A stretch of DNA of 64,000 nt from Mobula hypostoma (lineage: Eukaryota), in the NCBI RefSeq assembly GCF_963921235.1, contig NC_086109.1:30630001-30694000 (forward strand), read 5' to 3'. Below, in pieces: positions 9,435 to 23,117 of the stretch (positions within the stretch are counted from its first letter, which is position 1; every line of letters begins with the position of its first letter). The notes beneath the pieces were generated by a model, which was given only the letters and a program-made list of their open reading frames with translations, searched no databases and was not told where the DNA came from. The position numbers were made by a program, and so were the translations under genes.

Positions 9435-10749
9435 GAATCATGTGTTCATAGAGATACAGCAGGTGTTGCCAGTAAAATAGGGTATTTGCCCTAACGTGAC
9501 CATTGCATGCAAGGAGCCCACCTGAGCTATTCCCATTTGCCTGCATTTGCCACGAATCGCTCTAAATGTTTCCTATCCATATGTCCTCCCTCTAACTGTT
9601 TTAAATATTGTAAGCATACCTGCCTTTACCACTGCTTCTGATAGGTTGTTTCATCTATTCACTACACCCTATGATATGAAATCATCCCCCAGGTTCACCT
9701 TAAGTCTTTTCCCTCTCACATTAACCTAGGCTTGCTAGTTTCAGACTCCCGTACCTTGGGAAAATGACTGTGATCATCTAACCAGGTCTGCCCTTCATGA
9801 TTTTACAAACATCTATATGGTTACTCCTTAGCTTCCTATGCTCCAAGGAAAAAAGTTTGCGTCTATCTAGTCTCTTATTCTAGCTCTCCAGCGATAGCAA
9901 CATCCTCATGGATCTTTTTTGTACCTTCTCTAGCTTAATCACATCCTTCCTGTAGCATGATGACCAGAAAGGCACACAATACTCTTAATATCACATACAG
10001 TTGTACCATGACAGCCCAGCTCTTGGAAGAAAACCAAGTCATATGCCCTCTTCACTACCATATCTACTTCTGTCAGCATGCTCAGGGAATTATGCACAGT
10101 ACTGTGGCAATTTTACATGTTGCACTGTACTGCTGCGTCAAAAATAAATCAAATTTCATGATATCATGATGATACCCTATTTCTGGTATGGGTCTTCATT
10201 GTGGGCAGAGTGGGAAGGGGGCAAGGAGAGGAGAATCATGGTTGGGAAACGGGGAAGGGAGAGGAGACGAAGTGGGAAGCACCAGAGGTACATTTATAAT
10301 GATCAATAAACTAATTGGTATCAAATAAGCTTACTTGGTGTCGCAGGTCTGGGTGGTGTCTGCACCCATGCCATGCCACCCCCTCTCCCTGGCACTACTT
10401 CTCTGCCACCTGCCCATATCCCTTCTGTGGCACTCCACGCTTGTCATTCCCCACAGATTTACAAACTCGCTTCCAGTCCACTTTGGCAAATGCAGTACCA
10501 TGCAAAAGTCTTAGGCACCCCAGCTACATACAAATGCCTAAGACTTTTGCACTGCACTGTGCTGGTACCCTGAGGTCACTTTGTTCTACAACACTCTTCA
10601 ATATCTTGCTACTTAGTGTGCAAGTCCTGTCCTGGTTTAATTGATCAAAACCCAACCTTTGCACTCGTCCAAGTTAAATTCATCTTCCATTCTTTACCCA
10701 CTTTTCCAGCTGATCTAGATCTTGTTATAACCCTAGATAATCTTTCTTA
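9435..10749 (-). mobile_element. Old CR1 3' fragment, interrupted by smaller repeats at about 10090-10560
   Basis: Reverse-complement CR1 3' UTR and C-terminal coding remnants. Confidence 0.55.
10493..10559. mobile_element. Tiny palindromic Tc1/mariner-type MITE
   Basis: CAGTACCATGCAAAAGTCTTAGGCA...TGCCTAAGACTTTTGCACTGCACTG terminal inverted repeats. Confidence 0.65.
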
Positions 10750-11282
10750 CTGATGAACGGTCTCGGTCCAAAATGTCAATTCTTTATTCCTAATATGTAC
10801 AGTGTACTGTGTTATATGTACTCTGCTATACATCTTGGTACAGAGGAACATTATTTTGTTTGGCAGTACACATGTGTGAGACTCAGTGAATATAAACCTG
10901 AATTTGAACAATTTAACATCTGGTTCTGCTGATGTTACAAATGATTGCTTAGCTCAGAATGTTATTGGAGAAGAAAGAGATTCATACCATTTAACTTCAG
11001 TTTCTGTTGGAGTTAGAAATGCTCATATGGGAAGAAGTAAGTTTCAAGCTGGGAGAAGATATATTATGCACAAAGTATTTCAGATAATATATTGAATATG
11101 TTTTACATTTACGAGGTCTTGAAGGGTGCAGGCTGATGAAGGGGAGTCTTTACCTTCTCATAAGCTGAAAATTAAATTGAAGAAAAATCAATTTAGGATT
11201 AACTATTCATAGGTTTTTATGACAGGACAATTACTATCACAACAATATGGAAGGAAGACATGTACCCATCTTCAAAATGGAG

Positions 11283-11482
11283 AGACAAGAAAGTATGCAG
11301 ATTCTGGAAAACTGGAGCAACTCATAAAAAATGCTGGAGGAACTCAGCAGATTAGGCAACATCAAAGGAGGAAAATGATTGTTCGGTATTTCAGGTCCAT
11401 ATACTTCACAGAACTGGATATAAAGAGGGCAGAAGTCAGAATAAAAGGGTGGGGGAAGACGAGGAGCATGAGCTGATAAGTG
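11283..11482 (-). mobile_element. Penelope-like terminal repeat fragment (continues at about 17448)
   Basis: AAAATGCTGGAGGAACTCAGCAG...GGCAACATC; homologous to 23118-23320. Confidence 0.6.
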
Positions 11483-14400
11483 GAAGAGATGGAGAATCCC
11501 GGATGGTTTGTTGCCTCTCTGGTGCCAGGGTCCGTGATAGCTCGGATCGAGTTCTCGGTGTTCTCAAGAGGGAGGGTGAGCAGCCAGATGTCGTGCTCCA
11601 TGTAGGGACCAATGATGTGGATAGGAGGAAGGAGGAGGTCCTGCAAAGAGAATTTACGGAGTTAGGTGCAAAGTTGAAGGACAGGACCTCCAGGGTTGCA
11701 ATCTCAGGATTGCTACCCGTGCCATGTGCTAGTGAGGCTAGAAATAGGAAGATAATGCAGCTAAATACGTGGCTAAGGAGTTGGTGCAGGAGGGAGGGCT
11801 TCATGTTCCTGGACAATTGGCCTTGTTCCAGGGAAGGTGGGACCTGTTCCAATGGAACGGGTTGCACCTGAACTGGATGGGGACTAACATTCTTGCGGGA
11901 AAGTTTGCTAGTGCTGCTCTGGGGGGTTTAAACTAGTTTTGCGGGGGAGGGGAACCAAAATGTTAGAGCAGATAGTGACGTGGAGGAGGATAAAGGTCAT
12001 GAGAGAATTACAAGTATAGTGCATGGAGTAAAGCCAGACCTAACATATAAAGAGTCTTTGAGGAAAGGGAAACAGAATGAAGGGTGTAAAGGTAGTAAGC
12101 TAGAAGGGCTAAAGTGCGTGTACTTCAAAGCAAGAAGCATCAGGAACAAAAGTGATGAACTGAGAGCTTGGATACATACATGGAATTATGATGTAGCGGC
12201 CATTACAGAGACTTGGCTGGCACCAGGGCAGGAATGGATTCTCAATGTTCCTGGATTTCTGTGCTTTAAAAGGGATAGAGGTGGGGGGAAGGGGAGGAGG
12301 GGTGGCATTACTGGTCAGGGATACTATTACAAGTACTGAAAGGGTGGGTAATGTAGCAGGATCTTCTTTTGAGTCAATATGGGTAGAAGTCAAGAACAGG
12401 AAGGGAGCAGTTACTCTATTGGGAGTATTCTATAGGCCCCGTGGTAGCAGCAGAGATACCGAGGAGCAGATTGGAAGGCAGTTTTTGGAAAGGTACAAAA
12501 ATAACATGGTTGTTATCATGGATGACTTTAACTTCCCTAATATTGATTGGCACCTGATTAGTTCCAATGGTTTAGACAGGGCAGTTTGTTAAGTGTATCC
12601 AGGACAGATTCCTGTCACAGTATGTTGACAGGTCGACTAGGGGGAATGCCATACTAGATCTAGTATTAGGTAACGAACCAGGTCAGGTCACAGATTTCTC
12701 AATGGGTGAGCATCTGGGGGACAGTGACCACCACTCCCTGGCCTTTACCATTATCATGGAAAAGGATAGAATCAGAGAGGACAGGAAAATTTTTATTTGG
12801 GGAAGGGCAAATTATGAGGCTATAAGGCTAGAACTTGCGGGTGTGAATTGGGATGATGTTTTTGCAGGGAAATGTACTATGGACATGCAGTCGATGTTTA
12901 GGGATCTCTTGCAGGATGTTAGGGATAAATTTGTCCTGGTGAGGAAGATAAAGAATGGTAGGGTGAAGGAACCATGGGTGACAAGTAAGGTGGAGAATCT
13001 AGTCAGGTGGGAGAAGGCAGCATACATGAGGTTTAGGAAGCAAGGATCAGATGGGTCTATTGAGAAATATAGGGTAGGAAGAAAGAAGCTTAAGAAGGGG
13101 CTAAGGAGAGCAAGAAGGGGGCATGAGAAGGCCTTGGCGAGTAGGGTAAAGGAAAATCTCAAGGCATTCTTCAATTATGTGAAGAACAAAAAGATGACAG
13201 GAGTGAAGATAGGACCGATTAGAGATAAAGATGGGAAGATGTGCCTGCTGGCTGTGGAAGTGATCGAGGTCCTCAATGAATATTTCTCTTCGGTATTCAC
13301 CAATGGGAGGGAACTTGATGATGCTGAGGAGAATATGAGTGAGGTTGATGTTCTGGAGCATGTTGATATTAAGGGAGAGGAGGTGTTGGAGTTAAGATAC
13401 ATTAAGACGGATAAGTCCCCGGGGCCTGACGGAATATTCCCCAGGCTGCTCCACGAGGCGAGGGAAGAGATTTCTGAGCCTCTGGCTAGGATCTCTGTGT
13501 CCTCGTTGGCCATGGGAATGGTACCGGAGGATTGGAGAGAGGCAAATGTTGTCCCTTTGTTCAAAAAAGGCAGTAGAGATAGTGCAGGTAATTATAGAAC
13601 AGTGAGCCTTACATTTGTGGTGGGAAAGCTGTTGGAAAAGATTCTTAGAGATAGGATTTATGGGCATTTAGAGAATCATAGTCTGATCAGGGACAGTCAG
13701 CATGGCTTTGTGAAGGGCAGATCATGTCTAACAAGCCTGATAGAGCTCTTTGATGAGGTGACCAGGCATATAGATGAGCGTAGTGCAGTGGATGTGATCT
13801 ACATGGATTTTAGTAAGGCATTTGACAAGGTTCCACACTGTAGGCTTATTCAGAAAGTCAGAAGGCATGGGATCCAGGGAAGTTTGGCCAGGTGGATTCA
13901 GAATTATGCCTGCAGAAAGCAGAGAGTCGTGGTGGAGGGAGTACATTCGGATTGGAGGGTTATGACTAGTGGTGTCCTACAAGGATCGGTTCTGAGACCT
14001 CTACTTTTTGTGATTTTTATTAACGACCTGGATGTGGGGGTAGAAGGGTGGGTTTGCAAGTTTGCAGATGACACAAAAGTTGGTGGTGTTGTGGATAGTG
14101 TACAGGATTGTCGAAGATTGCAGAGAGACATTGATAAGATGCAGAAGTGGGCTGAGAAGTGGCAGATGGGGTTCAACCCGGAGAAGTGTGAGGTGGTACA
14201 CTTTGGAAGGACAAACTCCAAGGCAGAGTACAAAGTAGATGGCAGGATACTTGGAAATGTGGAGGAGCAGAGGGATCTGGGGGTACATGTCCACAGATCC
14301 CTGCAAGTTGCCTCACAGGTGGATAGGGTAGTTAAGAAAGCTTATGGGGTGTTAGGTTTCATAAATCGAGGGATAGAGTTTAAGAGTCGCAGGGTAATGA

Positions 14401-14946
14401 TGCAGCTCTATAAAACTCTGGTTAGACCACACTTGGAGTACTGTGTCCAGTTCTGGTCGCCTCACTATAGGAAGGATGTGGAAGCACTGGAAAGGGTACA
14501 GAGGAGATTTACCAAGATGCTGCCTGGTTTAGAGAGTATGCATTATGATCAGAGATTAAGGGAGCTAGGGCTTTACTCTCTGGAGAGAAGGAGGATGAGA
14601 GGAGACATGATAGAGGTATACAAGATATTAAGAGGAATAGATAGAGTGGATAGCCAGTGCCTCTTCCCCAAGGCACCTCTGCTCAATACAAGAGGACACG
14701 GCTTTAAGGTAAGGGGTGGGAAGTTCAAGGGGGTTATTAGAGGAAGGTTTTTTACTCCGCGAATGGTTGGTGTGTGGAATGCACTGCCTGAGTCAGTGGT
14801 GGAGACAGATACACTAGTGAAATTTAAGAGACTACTGGACAGGTATATGGAGGAATTTAAGGTGGGGGTTACATGGGAGACAGGGTTTAAAGGTTGACAA
14901 AACATTGTGGGCCGAAGGGCCTGTACTGTTTTATGTTCTATATTCT
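11483..14946 (+). mobile_element. CR1 LINE with ORF1 SGNH-esterase part and frameshifted ORF2
   Basis: ORF1 DVVLHVGTND...ISGLLPVP; APE ITETW, DFN and SDH motifs; RT; tail TATGTTCTATATTCTA. Confidence 0.92.
12702..14897 (+). pseudogene. CR1 ORF2 reverse transcriptase segment (731 aa open; upstream APE frameshifted)
   Basis: KSPGPDG, QHGFVKGRSCLT, DFSKAFDKVPH and FADDTK motifs. Confidence 0.85.
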
Positions 14947-17445
14947 AAGACCACAAGACCATAAGATATAGGAACAGAATTAACCTATTTGGACTATTGT
15001 GTTTGCTCCACCATTTCATCAGCGCTGATCCATTTTCCCTCTCAGCCCCAATTTCCTGCCTTCTCCTTCTATCCCTTCATGTCCTGACCAATCAAGAACC
15101 TATCAACCTCTGCCTTAAATATACGTAAAGACTTGGTCTCCACAGCCACCTGTGGCAATGAATTCCACAGGTTCATCACTCTCTGGCTAAAGAAACTCCC
15201 CTCCGTTCTCCATTCTAAAAGGATGCCACTCAGAAATATTCTGAGTCTTGTGTTCTCCAGTCCTAGACTTTCCCACCAAAGGAAACATCCTCTCCACATC
15301 CATCAGTATTGAGGCCTTTTAACATTCAATACATTTCAGTAAGGGCACTCCTCATTCTTCTAAATTCCAGTGAATACAGGCCCAGAGTTATCAAATGCTC
15401 TTCATATCACAAGCCATTCAATCGTGGAATCATTTTCATGAACCATCTTTAACCTTCTCCAGTGTAAGCACGTTCTTTCTAAGATAGGGAGCCCAAAACT
15501 GCACACAATACTCCAAGTGAAGCCTCACCAGTGCCTTATAAAGCCTCAACATTATATCTTTGCTTTTTTCATTCTAGTCGTCTTGAAATGAATGCTAACG
15601 TTGCATTCACCTTCTTCGCCACTGACTCAACCTGCAAATTAACTTTCAGGGAATCCAGCACACAGACTCCCAATTCCCTTCGTGCCTCAGGTTTTTGAAT
15701 TTTCTCTCCATTTCGAAAACAGTCTACCCTTTTATTTTTTCTACCAAAGTGCATGACCATACACTACATGAAACTGTATTCCATCTGCCACTTCTTTGCC
15801 CATTCTCCTAATCTATCAAAGTCCTTCTTTAGGCTTCCTACCTACTCAAAACTACTTGCCCCTCCACCTATTTGTGTATTGCCCACAAACTTTGCAACAA
15901 AGTCAGCTGCCAACAGAAAATTCTCCCTGTATTCCCATTCTTTGTCTCCTGCCAATCTGCTGCTGCTTTTAATTGATTTTAACTGATTTTAACTGACATG
16001 TGGCTGTGGTGTTTTACTATTTATTATTACGTTTATTATTTAGTGTTGTGTTTGTTATGTTATGATTGCACTGCCCCTGAGAAATGCTGTCTCATTCTGC
16101 CCTGCAGAGCTGATGTATGGTTAGAATGACAATAAAGTTTTTTGAATCTTTGAATCTTCATCCATGCTAGAATCTTTCCTGTAATACCATGGGCTCTTAA
16201 CTTGTTAAGCAGCCTCATGTGTGGCATTCTGAAAATCCAAGTACACAGGATCAACCAATTCTCCTGTGTCTATCCTGCTTGTTATATTTTCAAATAATTC
16301 CAAATTATTTGTCAGGCAAGGTTTTACTTTGAGAAAACCATCTCAAAGCCTACAGCCTCCTTTATTATGTGCCTCTACATATCCTGAAAGCACATCCTTA
16401 ACAATCAACTTCAACACCTTCACAACCACTGAGGTCAGACTAACTGGCCTATAATTTCCTTTCTTCTGCCTCTCTCCTTTCTATAAGAGTGGAGTAACAT
16501 TTGCAATTTTCTAGTCTTTCAGAATCTAGTGACACGAGAGATCATCACTAATGCCTCCACAATTTCTTCAGCTGCTTTTTTCAGAATCCTGGGCTGTACG
16601 CCATCTGGTCCAGGTGACTTATCTACCTTCAGACCTTTCAGTTTCCCAAGAACCTTCTTCCTAGTAATGACAACCTAACATACTTTTGACCCCTGACACT
16701 CTTGAATTTCCAGCGTACTGCTAGTGTCTTCCACAGTGAAGACAGATGCAAAAAACGTAGTTAGTTCTTCGGCCATTTCCTTGTCCCACGTTACCACCTC
16801 TCCAGCATCATTTTACAGTGATCCAGTATCCACTGTGGACTTTCTTTTAGACTTTATGTACCTGAATAAATTTTTAGTATCCTCTTTAATATTATTGTCT
16901 AGCTTACTTTTGTATTCCATCTTTTCCTTCTTAATGACTTTTTCAGTTGCCTTCTGTTGTTTACGAAAAGCCTCCCAATCCTCTAAACCACCACTAATTT
17001 TTACTCTTTTTATGCCCCCTCTTTGGTTTTTATGTTGGTTTTGACTTATCTTGTTAGGCACGGTTGTATCATCTTCCCTTTGGAATGCTTCTTCGTCTTT
17101 GGGATGTATATATGCTGTCCCATCCAAATTTCTTCCAGAAATTGCAGCCATTGCTGCTCTGCCATCATCCCTGTTCTTTTCCAATCAATTCTAGCCAACT
17201 CCTCTCTTATGCCTCTGTAATTCCTTTTCCCCCACTGTAATACTGATACATCTGACTTTAGCCTCTCCTTCTTAAATTTCCAGGTGAATTCCATTATATT
17301 ATGATTTCTTGTCCCTACGGGATATTTTACCTTAAACTCCCTAATCAATTCCAGTTTATTGCTCAACACACAATCCAGAATAGCCAGTCCCTTAGCAGGC
17401 TCAATCACAAGCTGCTCTAAAAAGCCATCGTTTAGGCATTCTAGA
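14947..17445 (-). mobile_element. Degraded CR1 LINE, tail-to-tail with the preceding copy
   Basis: Minus-strand ORF fragments: FFSQRVMNLWNSLPQ, MHFGRKN, FLECLNDGFLEQLV; (TCTTATGG)-type tail at 14947. Confidence 0.85.
15960..16158 (+). mobile_element. Short LINE/SINE 3' tail inserted in CR1
   Basis: GAATGACAATAAAG followed by (TTGAATCT)n; interrupts the CR1 RT sequence. Confidence 0.5.
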
Positions 17446-17447
17446 AA

Positions 17448-18115
17448 TATATGTGAACCTAGATTAGAGGGGAAGTCAGCTAGATGAGAAGGAGGAAGGT
17501 GAAGTTGGAATAACATGAGAAGTAATAGGTGGATGAGACAAAAGGCTGAAGAAATTGGAATCTGGTAAGAGAGCACAGTGGACCATGGAATAAAGGAAAG
17601 GAGGTAGGGAACAGAGGGAGAAAAGTACGGATGATGAGCAGTTCCTAAGAGCTTGGGATGGGAAAGAGAAGAGTTAATCGGGCTGGTGGGATAAGGGAAA
17701 GCAACGGGGATGCGGACAATAAAAGGACGTAGTTACCAGAATTTATAGAAGTAGATGTTGATGCAGTCAGTTTAGAGATTGATGGATGGATTAAGAGCAG
17801 TTGTTCCTCTAATCTGTGTCAAGCCTCAACTTGGCAGTGGAGGAGGCTGTGGAATCCTGGCCTCTTTCACCCTATTACCTTATAGGTTCTCACATCATTC
17901 CTACTCCCTCCCTCCCCCATCTATCTACCATTCCCCCCACCCTCACCTGGTTCACGTGCAGCCCCCCCCCCTTCACCCCCATCCTTTAATTCTGGCTTCT
18001 GCCCTCCTCCTTTCCAGTCCTGATGAAGCGTCTATGTCCAACACATTGACAGTTCATTTCCTTCTATAGATGCTGCCTCATCTGCAGAGTTCCTCCAGCA
18101 TTTTTTGCATGATTT
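17448..18115. mobile_element. Penelope-like fragments (minus about 17448-17850, plus about 17851-18115) with a decayed hammerhead core
   Basis: Similar to 23260-23600; CCAGTCCTGATGAAG...ATAGATGCTGCC...GAGTTCCTCCAGCATTTT. Confidence 0.6.
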
Positions 18116-18460
18116 GCTGCAAATCTGCAACGTTGCAATGAATACACTTCAACTTATTTCTTGCATTAAGTCATGATAGGTACAACAACTTTGTTAAAGT
18201 ATCATAACCTTGAGATGTGTGATACCCAAAATGCTGATTAACGTTATGAAGCAAGTGCTTCCAATCCACTTTTGAGCATTTAGAAGATCTTCATATGAGG
18301 GTTAATAGGCCACTCATGAGATATCAATTTTTAGTATGAATGTTTTATCTGTGTGTGTATTAAACTACTCTGGCTGGTACAATTACAGCATATTCATTAA
18401 AATGATTTCTGTACCATTGTATCTGAGAAGTAAATTCTGAGGGATTTCTTGCTTTGCATG

Positions 18461-19322
18461 TGTTACGTACCCCGTAACTGGGTTGCCAAACCAGCAGAAA
18501 TGGATCACTCAGTTGGAGTCTGGAGTACTAGAACTAAGAAAGTTTTATTAAAGAAACAAGCAACACAGTAATCGAAAGGATAATAAATGCAACAGTTCAG
18601 CGATGATAAACACACATGTGCACAGAATTAAGATAACAGCATCAATCAAGCTCTATCGTTGTCTAGGGGTAAATGACCAAATTTCGAAGTGACTCAAAGT
18701 TCAGTCCAGTTTAGTAGTTCAGTTCGCAGTAATCGTTGCCATGGCGATGGACAACATGGGGGAAGAGAGAGATAGAACAGGAACAACTGATCATTCAGAC
18801 ACGGCTTCACTCACAGACCGGCGAGATGGCTCACAAGCAACTTTTGGGCGGGTCCTTGGTGATGTCACCTGAGGTCACCGACTGTGACCCCTCCTCCAGA
18901 TGCGGTCGATCCTCTGCAGTGAACCTGGCACCCAGGCAAGGGCGGACACACACCGGGTTCCCGCTGATCATACCTTTCCACCCCGGGCGTTGTCTGGTAC
19001 TTCTCACTGACTCGTGAGAGGCGTACCGCTTCCAGGGTCTCGTTACCTCGGGTGGCGTGTGTGTGTCGCCTTAGCGAACCGGTCCCTTTTTATCCCCCCG
19101 CTGGGGCATCGCCTGTCCACCACTTCAAACAGTTCAGGGTTCAAAGGGGGAGCCGCTCCAGACAGCTCTCTCTCCCCCGTTCCTTCATTACACATCTCCA
19201 GACGCTGCTCCATTGTTCCTTATCTCTCCTTCCCCTGAGGGCAGGTGGCAGACCACTTGCTGATGTCACTGATGCTAACCCAGGCCAGCAAACATCTTAA
19301 TTTTATGTGTATTCTCGTCACA
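18461..19322 (-). mobile_element. Solo LTR (Gypsy-type) with 4-bp TSD
   Basis: TGTTAC...GTCACA termini; CATG on both sides (18457-18460, 19323-19326); minus-strand AATAAA near 18545. Confidence 0.85.
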
Positions 19323-20591
19323 CATGATTGATGGATTTGCAGGATAGTTAGTGTTATTTGTAGGATGGGTGACCTTCTTCAACAGATTACGTTTCTGTTC
19401 ATTAAACAAATAAAACATATACCTTTTCTTTAAACCATAATTTTATTGAGCCGTGAACAAATGAGGTCAAGCTTAAAATGGCTTATGTCATTTCCCTTAC
19501 CTTAGGCAATTTCAAGCTGGATGATGGTGATTGATCATATAGACATCCAAAGTTCCAAAAGGGCAAGGCGCTTGTTTCATAGATTGGGCTAACAATCACT
19601 GTTCTCAGCAGTTTGGATTGAATAAGCAAGTGCTGTGTGACGAGATAAGAGGATTTGCAGCATCATGCTCACACCAATTATGCCCTGACAGTGCGAGTAA
19701 TGTTCTCCTTCTATGCCAGCATCACATCTCAGACTCCTGACAGAGCAGTTCTTGCCATTTGTTAATCAATATTGCCCGCTGTCATTTGTCAAGTGGCAGC
19801 TACTTTGCTTGTGAATGCCTATCAGTTGTCAGCAACCCAAAACTGCCGTAGGAGAACTGTAAACATGCTTTCATTGAAATTGCTGGTCTTTTCTCTTTTC
19901 CTTACAAAATCTCTACCTAAGTTTCCACTTGTGCAAGATAGTTATGGAATGTACTTGGTGTGCAACATCAGAAACACCAGAATGAATATACAAATACTGC
20001 ATATTCTGAGATACCAATAGATCATTTCTAACTAATTTTAGGCTCAATGATAAAAGTCAACTGTTCAGTTCAATTTTAGATGCACTGATTATTATATCTG
20101 CTTTAATAAGGTCATTTTATTTACAAGTGATTACTGTAAATATGGTCTGGAAACAATGTTTATGTCCTAAAACAAAAAGTCCCTTACGATTTATTCTGAA
20201 GGCTATAACTGTTTGTGATTGCTATTTTGTTAATACCAATTATGCATTTTGAAAACATGATAGAGATCAGATTAAAGACATTTTTGGATCATTTTTCTTG
20301 TGTCTTTTGCACCTAGATAATTGACAGCGGAGTATTTTTATATAGGTGTTCTGATGAAGAACTGTAAGGACAAATGGACAATGGTGAAAACTGATCAAGA
20401 GACATATAGAAATGAACACACACAATTGTCAATCTCTTTTCTATTATCACACTAAATTAAGCTTCCTCAGTGGAATCAGCCATCAGTACCAAATATCCAC
20501 ATTTTTAATTGTGATTATTAGAAGTATTGGACATATGTATGAAGTTCTCAATATGCAGCTTGTGAGAGGATAAACTTTATCAAAGTCCAAT

Positions 20592-22158
20592 GACTTTTGT
20601 AAGGCATTTGACAAGGTACCACGTGGGAGGCAGGTCGGATTTCAGGATGAGGTAGTAAATTGAATTGGACAATGACTTTATGGGAGAAGACAAAGAGTGG
20701 TGCTAGAGGGCTGCCTCTTTGACTGGAAGCCTGTGACTATTGGTGAGTTGCAGGGATTGACGCTGGGTGCTTTGTTGTTTGCCATCAGTATCAATTATCT
20801 GGATGGTAATGTGGTTAACTGGATCAACAAATTTGTGGATGATACCAAGATTAGGGGTGTAGTGGACAATGAGGACAATGGCTTTCAGAGGGATCTGCAT
20901 CAGCTGGAAAAATGGGCTGTAAAATTGCAGTTGGAATTTAATGCAGACAAGAGCGAAGTTTTGTTCTTCAGTAAGACCAGCCAGGGTGGGTCTTACACAG
21001 TGAAGGGTAGGGCGCTGAAGGTTGTGGTAGAACAAAGAGATCTGGGAATACAGGCACATAATTCATTGAAAGCGGTAGCCTACGAAGTACCCAGGACATC
21101 TTCAGGGAGCAGTGTCTCAGAAAGGCAGCATCCATTATTAAGAACCTCCAGCACCCGGAGCATGCCCTTTTCTCACTGTTACCATCAGGTAGGAGGTACA
21201 GAAGCCTGAAGGCACACACTCAGTGATTCAGGAACAGCATTTTCCCCTCTGCCATCTGATTCCTAAATGGACGTTGAATCTTTGGACACTACCTCACATT
21301 TTTAATATACAGTATTTTTGTTTTTGCACGTTTTAAAAAACCTATTCAATATACGTAATTGATTTACTTGTTTATTTATTATTATTATTATTATTTTATT
21401 TTATTTTTTCTCTGCTAGATTATGTATTACATTGAACTGCTGCTGTTAAGTTAACAAATTTCGTGGCACATGCCAGTGATAATAAACCTGATTCTGATAG
21501 AGAGAAAGATCATTAAGAAAGCATTTGGCTCATTGGCATTCATAAATCAATGTATTGAGTACAGAAGATGGGATGTTATGTTGAAGTTTTATAAGACATT
21601 GGTAAAGCCTAATTTGCAGTATTGTGTGCAGTTTTAGTCACCTACCTACAGGAAGGATGTAAACAAGGTTGGAAGAGTGTTAAGAAAATTTACAACCATG
21701 TTGGTGGGTCTGGAGGATGTGAGTTATAAGGGAAGATTGAACAAGTTAGGACTGTATTCTTTAGAATGTAGAAGTTTGAGAGGAGATTTGATAGGGGTAT
21801 ACAAAATTATGAGGGGTATAGATAGGGCAAATGCAAGCAGGCTTTTTCCACTATGGTTAGGTGAGATTACAACCAGAAGCCATGGCTTAAGGGTAAAAAG
21901 TGAAAAGTTTAAGGGGAACATGAGGGGACACTACTTCATTCAGAGGGTCTGAGAGTGTGGAATAATTTGCAGCACAAATGGTCCACGCAAGCTCAATTTC
22001 AATGCTCAAGAGAAGTTTGGAAAGATGCATAGATAGTAGAGATATGGAGGAGTACTGTTCCGGTGGAGGTCGATGGAAGTAGGCAGCTTAAATGGTTTTG
22101 ACATGGGACTAGATGGGCCAAAGAACCTGTTTCTGTGCTGTACTTCCCTATGACTCTG
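20592..22158 (+). mobile_element. Degraded CR1 RT/3' fragment interrupted by a Rex1-like tail
   Basis: KAFDKVP, KFVDDTK and LGLYSLE motifs; CR1 3' UTR. Confidence 0.8.
21077..21498 (+). mobile_element. Rex1/Babar-like LINE 3' fragment
   Basis: HALFSLLPSGRRYRSL...FRNSIFPSAI; ends AATAAACCTGATTCTGA. Confidence 0.75.
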
Positions 22159-23117
22159 ATATGAAATTAATTGACTTGAGAGATATGGGGCTGAGACTGT
22201 CATATGTGTGAACTGAATAATGAGGGAACGCTATACATAAAACTGAAGGTTAGTGGAATTGATTCAGGATTGCATTTCAGGAAATGTATATTAATGAGCT
22301 TCTTTAATATTCAAAGAAAGGATAACACAGAAGCACATCTTAAATATAACAGATGATCATACGGTTTTAAGAAGGGTTCTCAAATGAGAAATGCCACAAA
22401 GTGCCTTAATAGAGTTTGTCCATTGGACATTAAAGTCTTCTGAGGACATACAGTAGGTTCAACTGGACAATAGCAGAGAGGCAGTGGCAAGTGCCAGAGG
22501 CTTTACCAGGCCAAATAAGGCTATGAAGAACAGTTGAAGTCAGCAACTATTTGAATCCATTGAATCTCACAATGTAAAAAGACTTCAATTGTTTAATTTT
22601 GCTCAGTTGCTGAGTGTCCTTCCACATGCAATTGAGCACCTTCTTTACTTCATAAACTTGGATATGTTCAGTCACTTATATCCTATTTTGTCATATAATT
22701 CACTGCAGAGAAACACTTGCTATCAACCATCTTTGGGATTGCTTGCGTTTAATTAGATTTTACTGTGACTCTGCAAAGTTAAGTTGTAAGGAAAGAGCTA
22801 ATTATGATTTCTCATTGGTACAATGGAAGCTCAAAGACAAAATGGCGTCAGTTTGAAATGTTGTGATAGTCTGCAGATGAGGGCAAGGGCACATTCCCAT
22901 GATTAGATCTGAATGATGTTTCCCTCCTTACAGACCTGTTGTCTGTTTTCCTAAATTATGTGTCTGGGTTGAAGGTAAAGTGATAAGGTGGTGCAGCTGG
23001 TACCGTCAATGGTTAGAAAAGTACTGGAGTGATAATTACTGTATGTGCTTTGAAGCAGTCTTAAGGGGTATAAAAAAGGGACACTTTCTTTGTGCAGTGG
23101 GAGAATTGTTGTCTTAA

